Shown here piece by piece: positions 52,471 to 64,000 of a stretch of DNA of 64,000 nt. The stretch comes from Hypanus sabinus (lineage: Eukaryota). The notes below the pieces were generated by a model. It had not been told where the DNA came from. It did no database searches and was given only the letters and a program-made list of their open reading frames with translations. The stretch is taken from assembly GCF_030144855.1 (NCBI RefSeq), contig NC_082725.1, positions 13,268,001-13,332,000 of the forward strand, in the 5' to 3' direction. Within the stretch, counting starts at the first letter, position 1; the number at the start of each line of letters is the position of its first letter. The position numbers and the translations under genes are program-made.

Positions 52471-53019
52471 GCCTGACCTAGTACATTGGTTTAGATTTCA
52501 GACATACAGAGTTTGCAATTTCAATATTATAAACCAAATGTTTGGGAGAGGAAGGGATTGATATGACAAAGAGGAGAAATGGGAAGAGGATCACGATGAC
52601 CATCTAGGCTGGCGTGAAAATTTTACCTTCTTATGCTTTGTCATGCAACAATCTACTGAAGAACTCAGGGGCCCTGCAGCACTGTGGGGGGGGGGGGGGG
52701 GAGGGGAAAGGAAGAGGTAAGCAGGAACTGTCAAGGCCTTTCAATCAGGACTGAGTGAAGGGTCGACAGCATATACAAAGCTGAATCATGTGTTGTCATG
52801 AAGTGACTTTCCTTGCCTGAATCTCACCGCACCCACTATACGTCCCATTCCTTCCCTTGGATTTAAGGGCGGGACTGTGAGTCTATTCCAGTTCTACCTC
52901 CTCCATTCCCTTTTTGCTCTTCCGGGCCCTTTAACTCTCAGCACTCACTTCAACCTTAGGCCCAACCCTTTTCCTTCAGACTATATTCACGTCACCCTCA
53001 CTCTCTCAAATTGCTGGCA

Positions 53020-53660
53020 TCGAGTTCGGGCCCAGGGCCGCTGCCTGCCAAAACAAGAGGGAACCGGCCGAGCCAGGTGAGTACCTGCCGCAACCCTTCA
53101 ACAGTACTCACCTGCAGATTGTTACTGTGGGCAGCCATTTGTAGACAGACTGCCCCGTCACCACGTTGGATCGGTCAGAGCGAAGCCTAGCTCCGTAACG
53201 GGTTGACAACCTAACGCCGACCCCCGCCTGGCCGGCCTACCGACCACTTCTACGAGCGGCTACAAAACCCAAACAACGCCGGCACTCCACTTCCGCGTCC
53301 AAAATGGCGACGAACTTCCGGCACCAAACCACGCCCCTACCGCGCCGGGGGGGGGGGGAGGGGGAGAGAGGTGACGGCGGCGCATGCGCGGCCGACATTC
53401 GGCTGGGCGGAGGGAAGGTGCTGTGGGCGGGACAGGAGCGCGCAGCCGACCGCCGGTGCGCGGAGCGTGAGCGCGCGTAGTCTGGCCCCGCCCCCTGATC
53501 CTGGGGATCTGCGCGCCCACCCCAGCCCCGCAGTGAACGGGCGCGCGCACCCGCTTCCGGATGGCTGGCGCAGCAAACGGGGAGATAAAGTCAGATGCGT
53601 GTAAGACGTTGGCAACTAATTCCGACGTACTAAGCCACTGGCGTGCCTTCTTCCTGAGTG
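53020..53660 (-). promoter_or_regulatory. CpG island / VPS4B promoter
   Basis: NRF1 site GCGCATGCGC (53380-53389), YY1 site AAAATGGCG (53301-53309), ETS ACTTCCG sites (53289, 53314) and a GC box (53486-53495). Confidence 0.85.
53112..53138 (-). CDS. VPS4B: VPS4B exon 1 coding part
   Basis: 27 bp, MAAHSNNLQ followed by a GTGAGT donor, inside a CpG island. Total CDS is 1320 bp (439 aa plus stop). Confidence 0.92.
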
Positions 53661-55647
53661 CGTCAATGTCTGGTCCTCAGAGGTACTGATACCCAGAAAC
53701 TTGAATCAGGTTTAAAAACAACGGCATATAGTCGTGAAACCTGCTGTTTTGTAGAAGCGCATACAAAATAGCGAGGTAGTGCTCACGGGTTCAATGTCCA
53801 TTCAGAAATCGGATGGCAGAGGGGAAGAAGCCGTTCCGGAATCGTTGAGTGTGTGCCTTCAGGCTCACGTACCTTCTTCCAGATGGTAGCAATGAGAAGT
53901 GGACATGTCCTGCGTGATGATAGATACCACTTTCTTGAGCATCGGTCCTGGAAAGCCCATGATAGAGCTGACAACTTCCTGGAGCTTCTTTCTATACTGT
54001 GCGATTCATATTGGGATTACTCAATTACATCTGCTTTTGTCACAATACTGAAATTTGTTATTTTTCTCAAAGGCATTATTCTTTTCGTAAGGATTATATA
54101 ATTTTGTGAATGTGATAAAGGCATGACAGTGTGAATAACTGGTTGAAAACTCATTCTAGCGTCATCTTGGTGGTAAGCAATTTAACAGTTTAAGACAATC
54201 ACAGAACAAGCAATGTCTTGTGAACAAGACCAATAAACATGGGGTTTCACCTCTGTGATATGGTGTGGTATGAAATGAATAAATCCATTTTAACGTTGGT
54301 TGTTATTGTGGGAAAGTCAGGATTTTATGTTAATCCATAGTGGTGAATGAATGTAATGCTTTTTGGTCGTATTGGTAGACCATTGGACAATGAAGAAAGT
54401 TATCTAAGATTAAAATGAGATCTTGACTAATTAGGCCAATCAGCCAAGTTCAAAGATCAAAGTAAATTTATTATCAAAGTACATATATGTGACCATATAC
54501 AACTCTTGAGATTCATTTTCTTTTGGGCATACTCAATAAATCCATAATAGAATATTAACCATAACAGAATCAATGAAAGACTACACCAACGAGTGTGCAA
54601 AAGACAACAAACTCTGCAAATACAAAAATAAACAAAATAAATAAATAAGCAATAACTATCGAGAACATTAGATGAAGAGTCTTTGAAAATGAGTCTGTAG
54701 GTTGTGAAAACATTTTAATGATGGGGCAATTGAAGTTCCTACAATCCCTCCTAAAGAATCATTAGGAGGAAAAAGATGAAATATGAAAGCAAGCTAGCAA
54801 ACAATATCTAATTGGATAGGAAAAGCTTTTTCGAGTACAGTATATAAAAATAAAGAAGAGAATGGCTATAGGACTGCTAGAAAATGAGGCCGGGGAAATA
54901 ACCAAGGAGATGGCGGATTAACTAAATGAGTATTTTGCATCAGTTTTCAATGTATAAGACACTAGTAGTGTACTAGGTATTGAAGGATCTGAGTCAAGAG
55001 AAATTAGTGCAGTTACCATGACAAAGAAGAAGGTGCACACAAAGATGGAGGACCTAAAGGTACATAAATCACATGGACCAGATGAACTGCACACTAGGTT
55101 GTGAACTGCACACTGCAGAGGTTGTGGTTAGAGATTGTGGAGGCATTAATATCAAGGATCACTCTTAATATCAAGGATCACTGGACTCTGGCCTGGTTCT
55201 GGAGTTACTGGAAAATTGCAAATGTCACTCCATTCTTTAAGAAAGGAGGGAGGCAGCAGAAAGGAAATTATAGACCAGTTAGCCTGATTGGGAAGATGTT
55301 GGAGTCAATTGTTGAGGATGAAGTTATGGAGTACTTGATGACTGGGACAAAGTCAGTATGGTTTCCTTAAGGGAAGATCTTGCCTAATGAACCTGTTGGA
55401 ATTCTTTGAGGAAATTACAAGTAGGATAGATAAAGTGGATATTGTATATTTGGATTTTCAGAAGGCCTTTGACAAGGAGCTACACGTGAGGCTGCTTACC
55501 AAGTTAACATGGTAATACCATGGTATTACGGGAAAGTTATTAGCATGGTTACAGCATTGGCTGCTTGGTAGGAGGCAGTGAATGGGAATAAAAGGATCCT
55601 TTTCTGGTTGACTGCCAGTGACTAATGGTGTTCCGCAGGGGTTGGTG

Positions 55648-56244
55648 TGAGGAATTGAGGATATATAAAAAAATAAATTTGAACCTATGTAACCTCTGGC
55701 TAAAAGAATAATTGGGACTGAACAGGAATTTTTGAACTGAAGTAAACTCTGTCTTCAGCAGTTAGCAAAAAAAAAACGGCTTTTATTCGTTCTCTCTTAA
55801 TTTGCAGAGAGACATTGAGAATTTGATAAATCGTACATTGTACCCTCGTTTGAGTAGTGGGGGAGGAGGACTCACCAATGAAATGATACAGGAATGAATA
55901 TCCATCTGTAATTAAGTCAGGGCCTAGCAAAGCTAGTAACTGATAAGGACTGGACAGCACATCCATCTGTAATTAAACCTTGATTTAGCAGACTCTCTTA
56001 TCCGTAACTAAGTTTTGCACTAACAGACTTGGTGGGCGTACCAGTTTGAATGACATCTTGCAACAGTAATTTATGGGACTTACTATGTGACTAGATAATA
56101 GTAGTCCACTTGTCAGATGGTGGCAGTACTTACGTGCCTTCCCTCTGACAACTGGGTCTCAAATTCCTGCAGGAGGGTGTGCAATAAACTGCTGTAACTA
56201 TAAGAAGCTGGTCTCCCAAGTTTTATTCAGATTCGACTTTAACA
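55648..56244 (+). mobile_element. Solo LTR inserted in the CR1
   Basis: TG...CA termini, 4-bp TSD GGTG/AGTG and AATAAA at 56183. The CR1 sequence is continuous across it (GGGGTTGGTG|TTGGGAC). Confidence 0.75.
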
Positions 56245-56830
56245 AGTGTTGGGACTGCTTCTTTTTATGCTGTAAATCAATGATTTAAGATGATGGAATA
56301 GATGGCTTTGCTGCCAAGTTGCAAATGATACAAAGATTGGTGGAGGGGCAGGTAGTGTTGTAGAAACAGGAAGGCTGCAGAAGGACTTAGACAATTTAGG
56401 AGAATTGGCAAGAAAGTGGCAAATGAAGTATAATGTTGGAAAATGCGTGGTCATACACTTTGGTAGAAGAAATAAATGTGCAGACTACTTTCTAAATGGG
56501 GAGAAAATCCAAAAATCTGAGATACAAAGAGACTTGGGAGTCCTTGTGCAGAATATCCTAAAGGTTAACTTGTAGTTGGGTTTGTGGTGAGGAAGGCAAA
56601 TGCAATGACAGCATTCATTTCAAGAGGTCTATCATATAAGAGCAGGGATCTGATGCTGAGGCTTTATAAGGCACTGGTGAAGCCTCACCTTGAGTATGTG
56701 AACAGTTTTGGGCTCCTCATCTAAGAAATGGTGAGCTGGCATTGGAGAGGGTTCAGAAGAGGTTTACAAGGATGATTCTGGTACTTGCTGGAATTTAGAA
56801 GGATATGGGGGTATCTCAATGAAACCTTTT

Positions 56831-56918
56831 TTTAAAATTTTTTTTTATTAGTTTTTCAAAACATTTTACAAATTAAAAACCCCAAATCCCAATGAGGACC
56901 ATTAAAACAGTGCAAAAT
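56831..56918 (-). mobile_element. 5'-truncated poly(A) retroposon (L1/Tx1-like 3' end)
   Basis: AATAAA and an A-rich tail on the minus strand; 15-bp TSD TCAATGAAACCTTTT / TCATTGAAACCTTTT. Confidence 0.75.
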
Positions 56919-57439
56919 TCATTGAAACCTTTTGAATGTTGAAAAGCCTAGACAGAGTAGATGTGGAAAGGATGTTTCACATGGTGGAGAAGTCCAGGAC
57001 AAGAGGGCATGACCTCACGATAGAGGGATGTCCATTTAAAACAGAGATGCGGAGAAATTTCTTTAGCCAGAGGGTGGAGAATTTGTGGAATTTGTTACCA
57101 CAAGTAGCTGTGGAGACCAGGTTGTTGAGTGTACGTAAGACGGAGATTAATATGTTCTTCATTGTACTCCGCATCAAAGTTTACAGGGAGAAGGCCGGGG
57201 AGTGGGCTGAGAAGAGGAGAAAAAAGGATCAGCCATGATTGAATAGCGGAGTAAACGATGGGCCTATGTTTTATGGTCTTACGTTGAGTGAAGTTATCCT
57301 CTTTGGTTCAAGAGCCTGATGGTTGAGGCCCTCAACTTGAGGGGTAATAACTGTTCCTGAACCTGGTGGTGTGAATCCTGAGGCTGCTGTATCTTTTTTC
57401 CTGATTGCAGCAGAGAAGGAGAGAAGAAATGACAAATGG

Positions 57440-59245
57440 GGTTTAATTTGTATAAATGCAAGATACACTTTGGTAAGATGAACCAAGGCAGGGTCCTAGG
57501 GAATGATATAAAGTAGCGAGTTTTAAGGCTCCAGGTACATTACTCCTTGAAAGTGGAGACACAGTCTGATAGGATGGCAAAGAAGGTTTTTGGCACGCTG
57601 CTCTTCATTGATCAGAATATTTAGATAGAAGTTGGTGCACCATAAGCTGCATAAGATGTCAATAAGATTACATTTGGAGTGCTGTGTACTATTTTGTTCA
57701 CAGTCTTGAATGTAAATTTTATAGGATTTGTGTATGGTTTGAGTTGTAAGAGGCTGGACAGACTAAGACATTTTTTCGCTGGAGTGTAGGAGGCTTAGGG
57801 GTAAACATACAGAGGTTTATAAAATCCTGAGGGACATAGCTAGGGTGATTAATGAAAGTATTTCCCTCCAGATGGGGGAGGGGGTACAAAACTAGAGGGT
57901 ATACAATTAAAATAAAAGGGGAAAGATTTAAAAGGGACATGAGGGGGAACTTTTCACAAAGAGGATGCAGAAATGGTACAGGCTGTCAAAGTTACTGGTG
58001 GCTACTATTATGGCATTTCAAAGGACATTTGGAGATAGCTACATGTGCAGGAAAGATTTAGAGGACCATGGGACTAGCTCACTTCGGCAACCTGGTCAAC
58101 AGGAGCAAACTGGGCCAAAGGACCTTTATTCCATACTGTACAGCTCTCTGACCATCTGTAGTTCAGTTTAAGTTAGTCCAAGCAAGATTGCAGATTACTT
58201 TGGCATTAGGACCTTTGTTATTCATTATTTATGTCAATGATCTGGGTGATGCACAAGGCTTGATCAGTAGATTGGCAGATAGCACAAAATTAGGAGGTAT
58301 TCTTGAAAGTGAAGAAGGTTATTGTAGATTGGAGTTCCTAACCTGGGGTTGATGGACTTCTCTGTTAATGATGAGGCTCCATGACATAAAGAAGGTTGGG
58401 AACCCCTGGGCTGTAGATCTGGATTAGTTAGGAAATTGGGATGAGGAGTGCCAAAATGGTTTTTATTACAAATAAGTTTGAGTTAGAAAGTTAAACCAAT
58501 GTAGGAATTATACTATGAATGGTAGGGCACCAGGGAATGTAATGGAACAGAGAGATTTAGAAGTACTGATGTTGAATTCATTGAAAACTGTGTCACACGT
58601 AGACAGGGTGGTGAAAATGGCATTCGCAAACTGTCTTCATTATTCAAAGCATTAACTAAGAGCTGGGACATTATATTGCACCTCTCCAAGTTGTTGGTTA
58701 GGTTGAACATGGCGTATTGGATATAGTTTTGGTTGCCCAATTATAGAAAAGATGTGGTTAAGTTAGAAAAAGTGCTGAGAAGATTTATGAGGCATTGCCA
58801 GGACTAGGAGCCCTGAGATAGGGAGTGGTTGGCTAGGCTTGGTCTTTATTCCTTGGAATGTAGGTGAATGACCTTACACAAGAGGGAGTGTTAAAATGAC
58901 AAGAGGTGACAATGATAAGTTGATGGTAACAGTCTTTTCCTCAGGATCTGGAACACCAAAAATAAGGGGTATAAGTTTAGGGTGAGAGAGGAAAGATTTA
59001 AATAGGGTCTGTGGGACAACTTCATACAGAGGATGGTGACCATGTGAGATGAGGTGCAAGAGAAAGTGGTTGAGGCAGGTACAATAGTGTTCTTTACGAA
59101 GCATGTGGATTGGTGTATTTAGGGGGGAGGGACTGGAGAACTATAGATTGGACATAGGAAACGGGAATAAGCTGGGTGGGTACTGTGGTCAGCATGGACT
59201 CATTGGGCCAAGGAGCCTGTGTCCATGCTGTATTGCTTTGCAACT
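57440..59245 (+). mobile_element. Two older degenerate CR1 fragments
   Basis: KTRGYTIKIKGERFKRDMRGNF and a decayed FADDTK-like region, with many stops. Confidence 0.7.
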
Positions 59246-59739
59246 AAGATTTGCGAGCCACGAAGGTTCTTGTGACATATATTGTATTGTACAATGCAAA
59301 ACTATACTTTTAATTATTTTCATTATTGTAAGAAACCAAAGGCATGAATTTGAGAACATCTGAATTTGTATTGCTCAGCTTCAGTTTATGAATAGTTGAA
59401 AAATGTTTTTAAACCACAAACCAATACAAATAAACAGTTAAAATCACAACGTATTTTATAATTGCTATGAAACATTTCAAAGCATTGACAATGTACTTGA
59501 ATTATATTTATTTTCAGTGAAATTGATATCCATGTTAACATTTAACATTGCAAGGTATTTTATATCTACTATATACCATTTTGCACTTTTCAAGCTTTTA
59601 AGACCAAAAGGGAAGGGTGAGGGTGGAGGGGGAAGAGAGGTGGTGAGGGAGGGGATGAGGAGGTGGAAGAGAGGCAGAGAGGGGATGAGGGGAGAGAAGA
59701 TTAAGTGTGGGGGAATGAGGGAAGGGGAGTGATGGGAGA

Positions 59740-61660
59740 GGAAGGGAAGAGGGAGAGAGGGGGAAGGGGAAGAGGGAGGGAGGGAGGGGGAAGGGGAAGA
59801 GGGAGGGAGGGAAGGGGAAGAGGGAGGGAGGGAAGGGGAAGAGGGAGGGAGGGAAGGGGAAGAGGGAGGGAGGGAAGGGGAAGAGGGAGGGAGGGAGGGG
59901 GAAGGGGAAGAGGGAGGGAGGGGGAAGGGGAAGAGGGAGGGAGGGGGAAGGGGAAGAGGGAGGGAAGGGGAAGAGGGAGGGGAAGGGAAGAGGGAAGGAG
60001 GGGGAAGGGGAAGGAGGGGGAAGGGGAAGAGGGAGGGAAGGGGAAGAGGGAGGGAAGGGGAAGAGGGAGGGGAAGGGGAAGAGGGAGGGGAAGGGGAAGA
60101 GGGAGGGGAAGGGGAAGGGGAAGAGGGAGGGGAAGGGGAAGAGGGAGGGGAAGGGGAAGAGGGAGGGAAGGGGAAGAGGGAGGGAAGGGGAAGAGGGAGG
60201 GGAGGGGAAGAGGGAGGGGAGGGGAAGAGGGAGGGGAGGGGAAGAGGGAGGGGAGGGGAAGAGGGAGGGGAGGGGAAGAGGGAGGGGAGGGGAAGAGGGA
60301 GGGGAGGGGAAGAGGGAGGGGAGGGGAAGAGGGAGGGGAGGGGAAGAGGGAGGGGAGGGGAAGAGGGAGGGGAGGGGAAGAGGGAGGGGAGGGGAAGAGG
60401 GAGGGGAGGGGAAGAGGGAGGGGAGGGGAAGAGGGAGGGGAGGGGAAGAGGGAGGGGAGGGGAAGAGGGAGGGGAGGGGAAGAGGGAGGGGAGGGGAAGA
60501 GGGAGGGGAGGGGAAGAGGGAGGGGAGGGGAAGAGGGAGGGGAGGGGAAGAGGGAGGGGAGGGGAAGAGGGAGGGAGGGGAAGAGGGAGGGAGGGGAAGA
60601 GGGAGGGAGGGGNNNNNNNNNNNNNNNNNNNNNNNNNNNNNNNNNNNNNNNNNNNNNNNNNNNNNNNNNNNNNNNNNNNNNNNNNNNNNNNNNNNNNNNN
60701 NNNNNNNNNNNNNNNNNNNNNNNNNNNNNNNNNNNNNNNNNNNNNNNNNNNNNNNNNNNNNNNNNNNNNNNNNNNNNNNNNNNNNNNNNNNNNNNNNNNN
60801 NNNNNNNNNNNNNNNNNNNGGAGGGGGAAGGGGAAGAGGGAGGGAGGGGGAAGGGGAAGAGGGAGGGAGGGAGGGGGAAGAGGGAGGGAGGGAGGGGGAA
60901 GGGGAAGAGGGAGGGAGGGGGAAGGGGAAGAGGGAGGGAGGGGGAAGGGGAAGAGGGAGGGAGGGGGAAGGGGAAGAGGGAGGGAGGGGGAAGGGGAAGA
61001 GGGAGGGAGGGGGAAGGGGAAGAGGGAGGGAGGGGGAAGGGGAAGAGGGGGGGAGGGGGAAGCGGGAGGGAGGGGGAAGGGGAAGAGGGAGGGAGGGGGA
61101 AGGGGAAGAGGGAGGGAGGGGGAAGGGGAAGAGGGAGGGAGGGGGAAGGGGAAGAGGGAGGGAGGGGGAAGGGGAAGAGGGAGGGAGGGGGAAGGGGAAG
61201 AGGGGGGGAGGGGGAAGAGGGAGGGAGGGGGAAGGGGAAGAGGGAGGGGGGGGAAGGGGAAGAGGGAGGGAGGGGGAAGGGGAAGAGGGAGGGAGGGGGA
61301 AGGGGAAGAGGGAGGGAGGGGGAAGGGGAAGAGGGAGGGAGGGGGAAGGGGAAGAGGGAGGGAGGGGGAAGGGGAAGAGGGAGGGAGGGGGAAGGGGAAG
61401 AGGGAGGGAGGGGGAAGGGGAAGAGGGAGGGAGGGGGAAGGGGAAGAGGGAGGGAGGGGGAAGGGGAAGAGGGAGGGAGGGGGAAGAGGGAGGGAGGGGG
61501 AAGAGGGAGGGAGGGGGAAGAGGGAGGGAGGGGGAGGGGGAAGAGGGAGGGAGGGGGAGGGGGAAGAGGGAGGGAGGGGGAAGGGGAAGAGGGAGGGGGA
61601 AGGGGGGAAGGGGAAGAGGGAGGGGGAAGGGGGGAAAGGGGAAGGGGAAATGGAGGAGGG
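59740..61660. repeat. Polypurine (G/A) simple tandem repeat containing an assembly gap (N at 60613-60819)
   Basis: GGGAGGGGAAGA-type units, almost no pyrimidines. Confidence 0.95.
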
Positions 61661-61714
61661 GGGATGAGGTGTGGGGAGGGAGGGAAGGGAGGCTATGGAG
61701 GGGTGGAAGACAGA

Positions 61715-62094
61715 ACCCACACGTACATCCTCCCTGACTTGTCTCTGGTCGGTCGCACCTGGTCCTCGCCCCTCGGCGCCGCCCCCAGCCCGCAGAGCAG
61801 TGGTTGCCTGGAGACGGAGCCTGTTGTCTGGCCGCCTCCCCTCCTCCAGGACAGGCAGGCGAGGTTGCGGCGGACGGGTTGCTGTGCAGCGCCGGTGTGG
61901 GATGCCCCGACGCCCGACTGGACGCTAGCGTCAGCGCCGCACGGCAGGGCTCGGCAGCCGGGTGATGGATGGTGTCCGCGGGCCACGCAGAGCCACCGGC
62001 CTGAGCCCCAGAGCTGCGGGGCTCCGCAGCAGAGCCGCCCAGACGAGGTCACCGGTGGACTCCAAGGAGACCAAGGTTTGTTTGCGTCCCATGT
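61715..62094. other. Orphan CpG-rich segment
   Basis: High GC and CpG density between the purine repeat and the minisatellite; no recognisable protein in any frame. Confidence 0.55.
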
Positions 62095-62229
62095 GGAACA
62101 AACTGTGGAATAAACTTTAAGTTTAGGAACAAACTGTGGAATAAACTTTAAGTTTAGGAACAAACTGTGGAATAAACTTTAAGTTTAGGAACAAACTGTG
62201 GAATAAACTTTAAGTTTAGGAACAAACTG
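62095..62229. repeat. Perfect 31-bp minisatellite, about 4.35 copies
   Basis: Unit GGAACAAACTGTGGAATAAACTTTAAGTTTA starts at 62095, 62126, 62157 and 62188, with a partial copy at 62219. Confidence 0.95.
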
Positions 62230-64000
62230 AGCAGGGCAACTTTAGGTGCATTTCACGGCGATTCCCACGGGCTAGAGACATGTAAAGTTATGACCCACCT
62301 CTGCCGTAATTCATTCAACTCAAGCGGGTGTTAAACAGTCGTGCTCACTGGTTTCTAGGTATGCCAATGCCTAAATGAATTTCACACACCGAGAATGCTG
62401 TTCACTGTATGTCCCGAACTTATTCATCAGATATTGAAATTTACAACGGCTTAATTGACTTCAGAAATAGGCTGAGGTGGAAATTGAATCTGCGTACATG
62501 CTGATTTTTATTAACGTTAGATGCCAAACTCCGCCAAATGTTTGCTCTGCTACCCAGTGACCGGCTTTCGCATATAGATGATTCGGCACGATCGTGGTAG
62601 GTAAAAGCTTCAAAGAATCACTTGTTTTCAGAAACTCTAGAAAACTGCAAATATTTGAAAGCTGAAATCAAGGGGAAAGGATCAAAATTAATTGACTGCA
62701 CATGCAGGAAAAGAACCCGAAAGTTGTGCAAGAAGTAAGTGATCAAGAAGAAAAAGAGAAGTCACCGTAACGCCCCAGGTGAAAATCATAAAGAGATAGC
62801 ACTTCCAAATCACTTTGTGTAGCAGTTAGTCAGATAATTAGACATAATAGTAATGATCATCTGGGCGTGCAGTGAGTTCAGTTGTGGAGTCACCTGAAAT
62901 GAGAGAATCTGTGGTTGACCTTTCATTGATCCGGTTGTAGTTACTATTTTGTAGATTTGCTGAGTATGCCCGCAGGAAAATGAATCTCGGGGTGGTACAG
63001 TATCTGGTGACATTATATGTACTTTGATATTAAAATTTACTCTGTACTTTGTTGTCACAAAGAATTCTCAAGGTACTGAATTTGCCTGTGACTCCTGTGT
63101 TAGACCACTCAGCCCTTTTTATAGTCAGCAATTTTCAGTTGCCGAACCCACCACTAATTAAAATGTAATTAAAATGTGTGTGTGGGGGGGGGGGGAACTT
63201 CCTGCCAGAAATGAAAAGTGCAGAAATATTCATAAGTGCAGAAGTATTTACCTCTGGAGGAACAAATGATTGAATATGTAATGTCCCTGAATAGCAGATA
63301 GGAAAGCTTCTAGATTCCTACATGAATTTGGCAATAGATTGTCAACAGGAGGTTCATTTTTTCAAATGAGTGACTGATGCCCAGATAAGTTTTGTAGTGA
63401 GAATAGAGCTAGCAGGTATTTGAGATCTCAACCCATGAACCTGGAGAAAGGAAAATAAATAGCTTACCTTACCAGGGCTGTCAAGCAAAGAATCATCTTT
63501 ATATTGTCCAACTTCCATACATGACACTGAAGTCCAGCTGATTTGAAAATATGTAAAAGTTCACTGCACTCTGTTTGGGTTAATGTGATAGGCAGGCTAT
63601 TTCCTTTTGATCTGGGCGTATAACTGCTTGAAATTGCATGAATTTCTGTTACAAAAATCTGTACATGCAGTTAATCATAATTGACAGTTTAAGGCTGTTG
63701 AAGAAATGATGCCAGTTTAAAAAAAAATTTCTCAGGATACACATTACACTGGTGAGCAAAGTTGCAGTTATCCCTTCTATTGCAATTGTAGGTTTTTGCC
63801 AAAAACAAATGCCTCAGATCTTAAATTGAAATGTTGACTTCACTTCAAAAACGTGTGCAAATCTCCCCCACCACTTACATTCCCTCTCACCTGCTTTTAT
63901 CTATCACCTTATAGCTTGTATTCCCTCCTCCCTCCCCCCATCCCCTATCATCACTTTATTCTGGCTTCCTTCCCAGTCCCACTGAAGGGTCTTGGCCAAA

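Larger units (their letters stand above)
54750..57280 (+). mobile_element. Degenerate CR1 LINE ORF2 (RT) interrupted by two younger insertions
   Basis: WKIANVTPFFKKGGRQQKGNYRPVSL, DFQKAFDK, GVPQG and the C-terminal RRNFFSQRVENLWNLLP. Confidence 0.88.

Noticed and set aside
58329-58408. Small hAT-like MITE (a similar terminus occurs at about 1-155)
   Set aside because: The terminal repeats are degenerate and an 8-bp TSD could not be aligned with confidence.
59477-62113. 747-aa Pro/Ser-rich and 802-aa Gly/Arg/Glu-rich ORFs
   Set aside because: Artefacts of a stop-free G/A simple repeat spanning an N gap.
62095-62229. CRISPR-like array (31-bp partly palindromic repeats)
   Set aside because: The units are contiguous with no spacers, there are no cas genes, and the context is vertebrate; it is a minisatellite.

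Overview
Vertebrate genomic DNA, most likely a cartilaginous fish (ray or shark), inferred from the repeat landscape: HE1/V-SINE-like SINEs, CR1, Rex/Babar, RTE and Penelope elements. Two spliced housekeeping genes lie in tandem on the minus strand in the conserved vertebrate order. VPS4B is complete (11 coding exons, 53138 to 24841, 439 aa, with a GC-AG last intron). KDSR is present as exons 1-5 (18422 or 18482 down to 229) and runs off the left end. Each gene has a CpG-island promoter. VPS4B intron 3 holds a decayed class I (epsilon/gamma-like, fish-type) endogenous retrovirus on the plus strand, fused head-to-head to a Gypsy remnant. The most notable signal is a roughly 150-aa extra domain in this virus's Pol, between protease and RT, with two HxT motifs (LHCT, PHVT) of the 2H-phosphoesterase/CNPase type; it is a candidate antagonist of nucleotide-based innate immunity. 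Other notable features: an 11-bp hairpin that covers exactly the U1 footprint of the VPS4B exon 1 donor, hammerhead-ribozyme-bearing Penelope-derived elements, nested insertions with target-site duplications, a long polypurine repeat with an assembly gap, and a perfect 31-bp minisatellite. Exon coordinates were read base by base. Most repeat boundaries are approximate, and family names come from recognition, not database searches.
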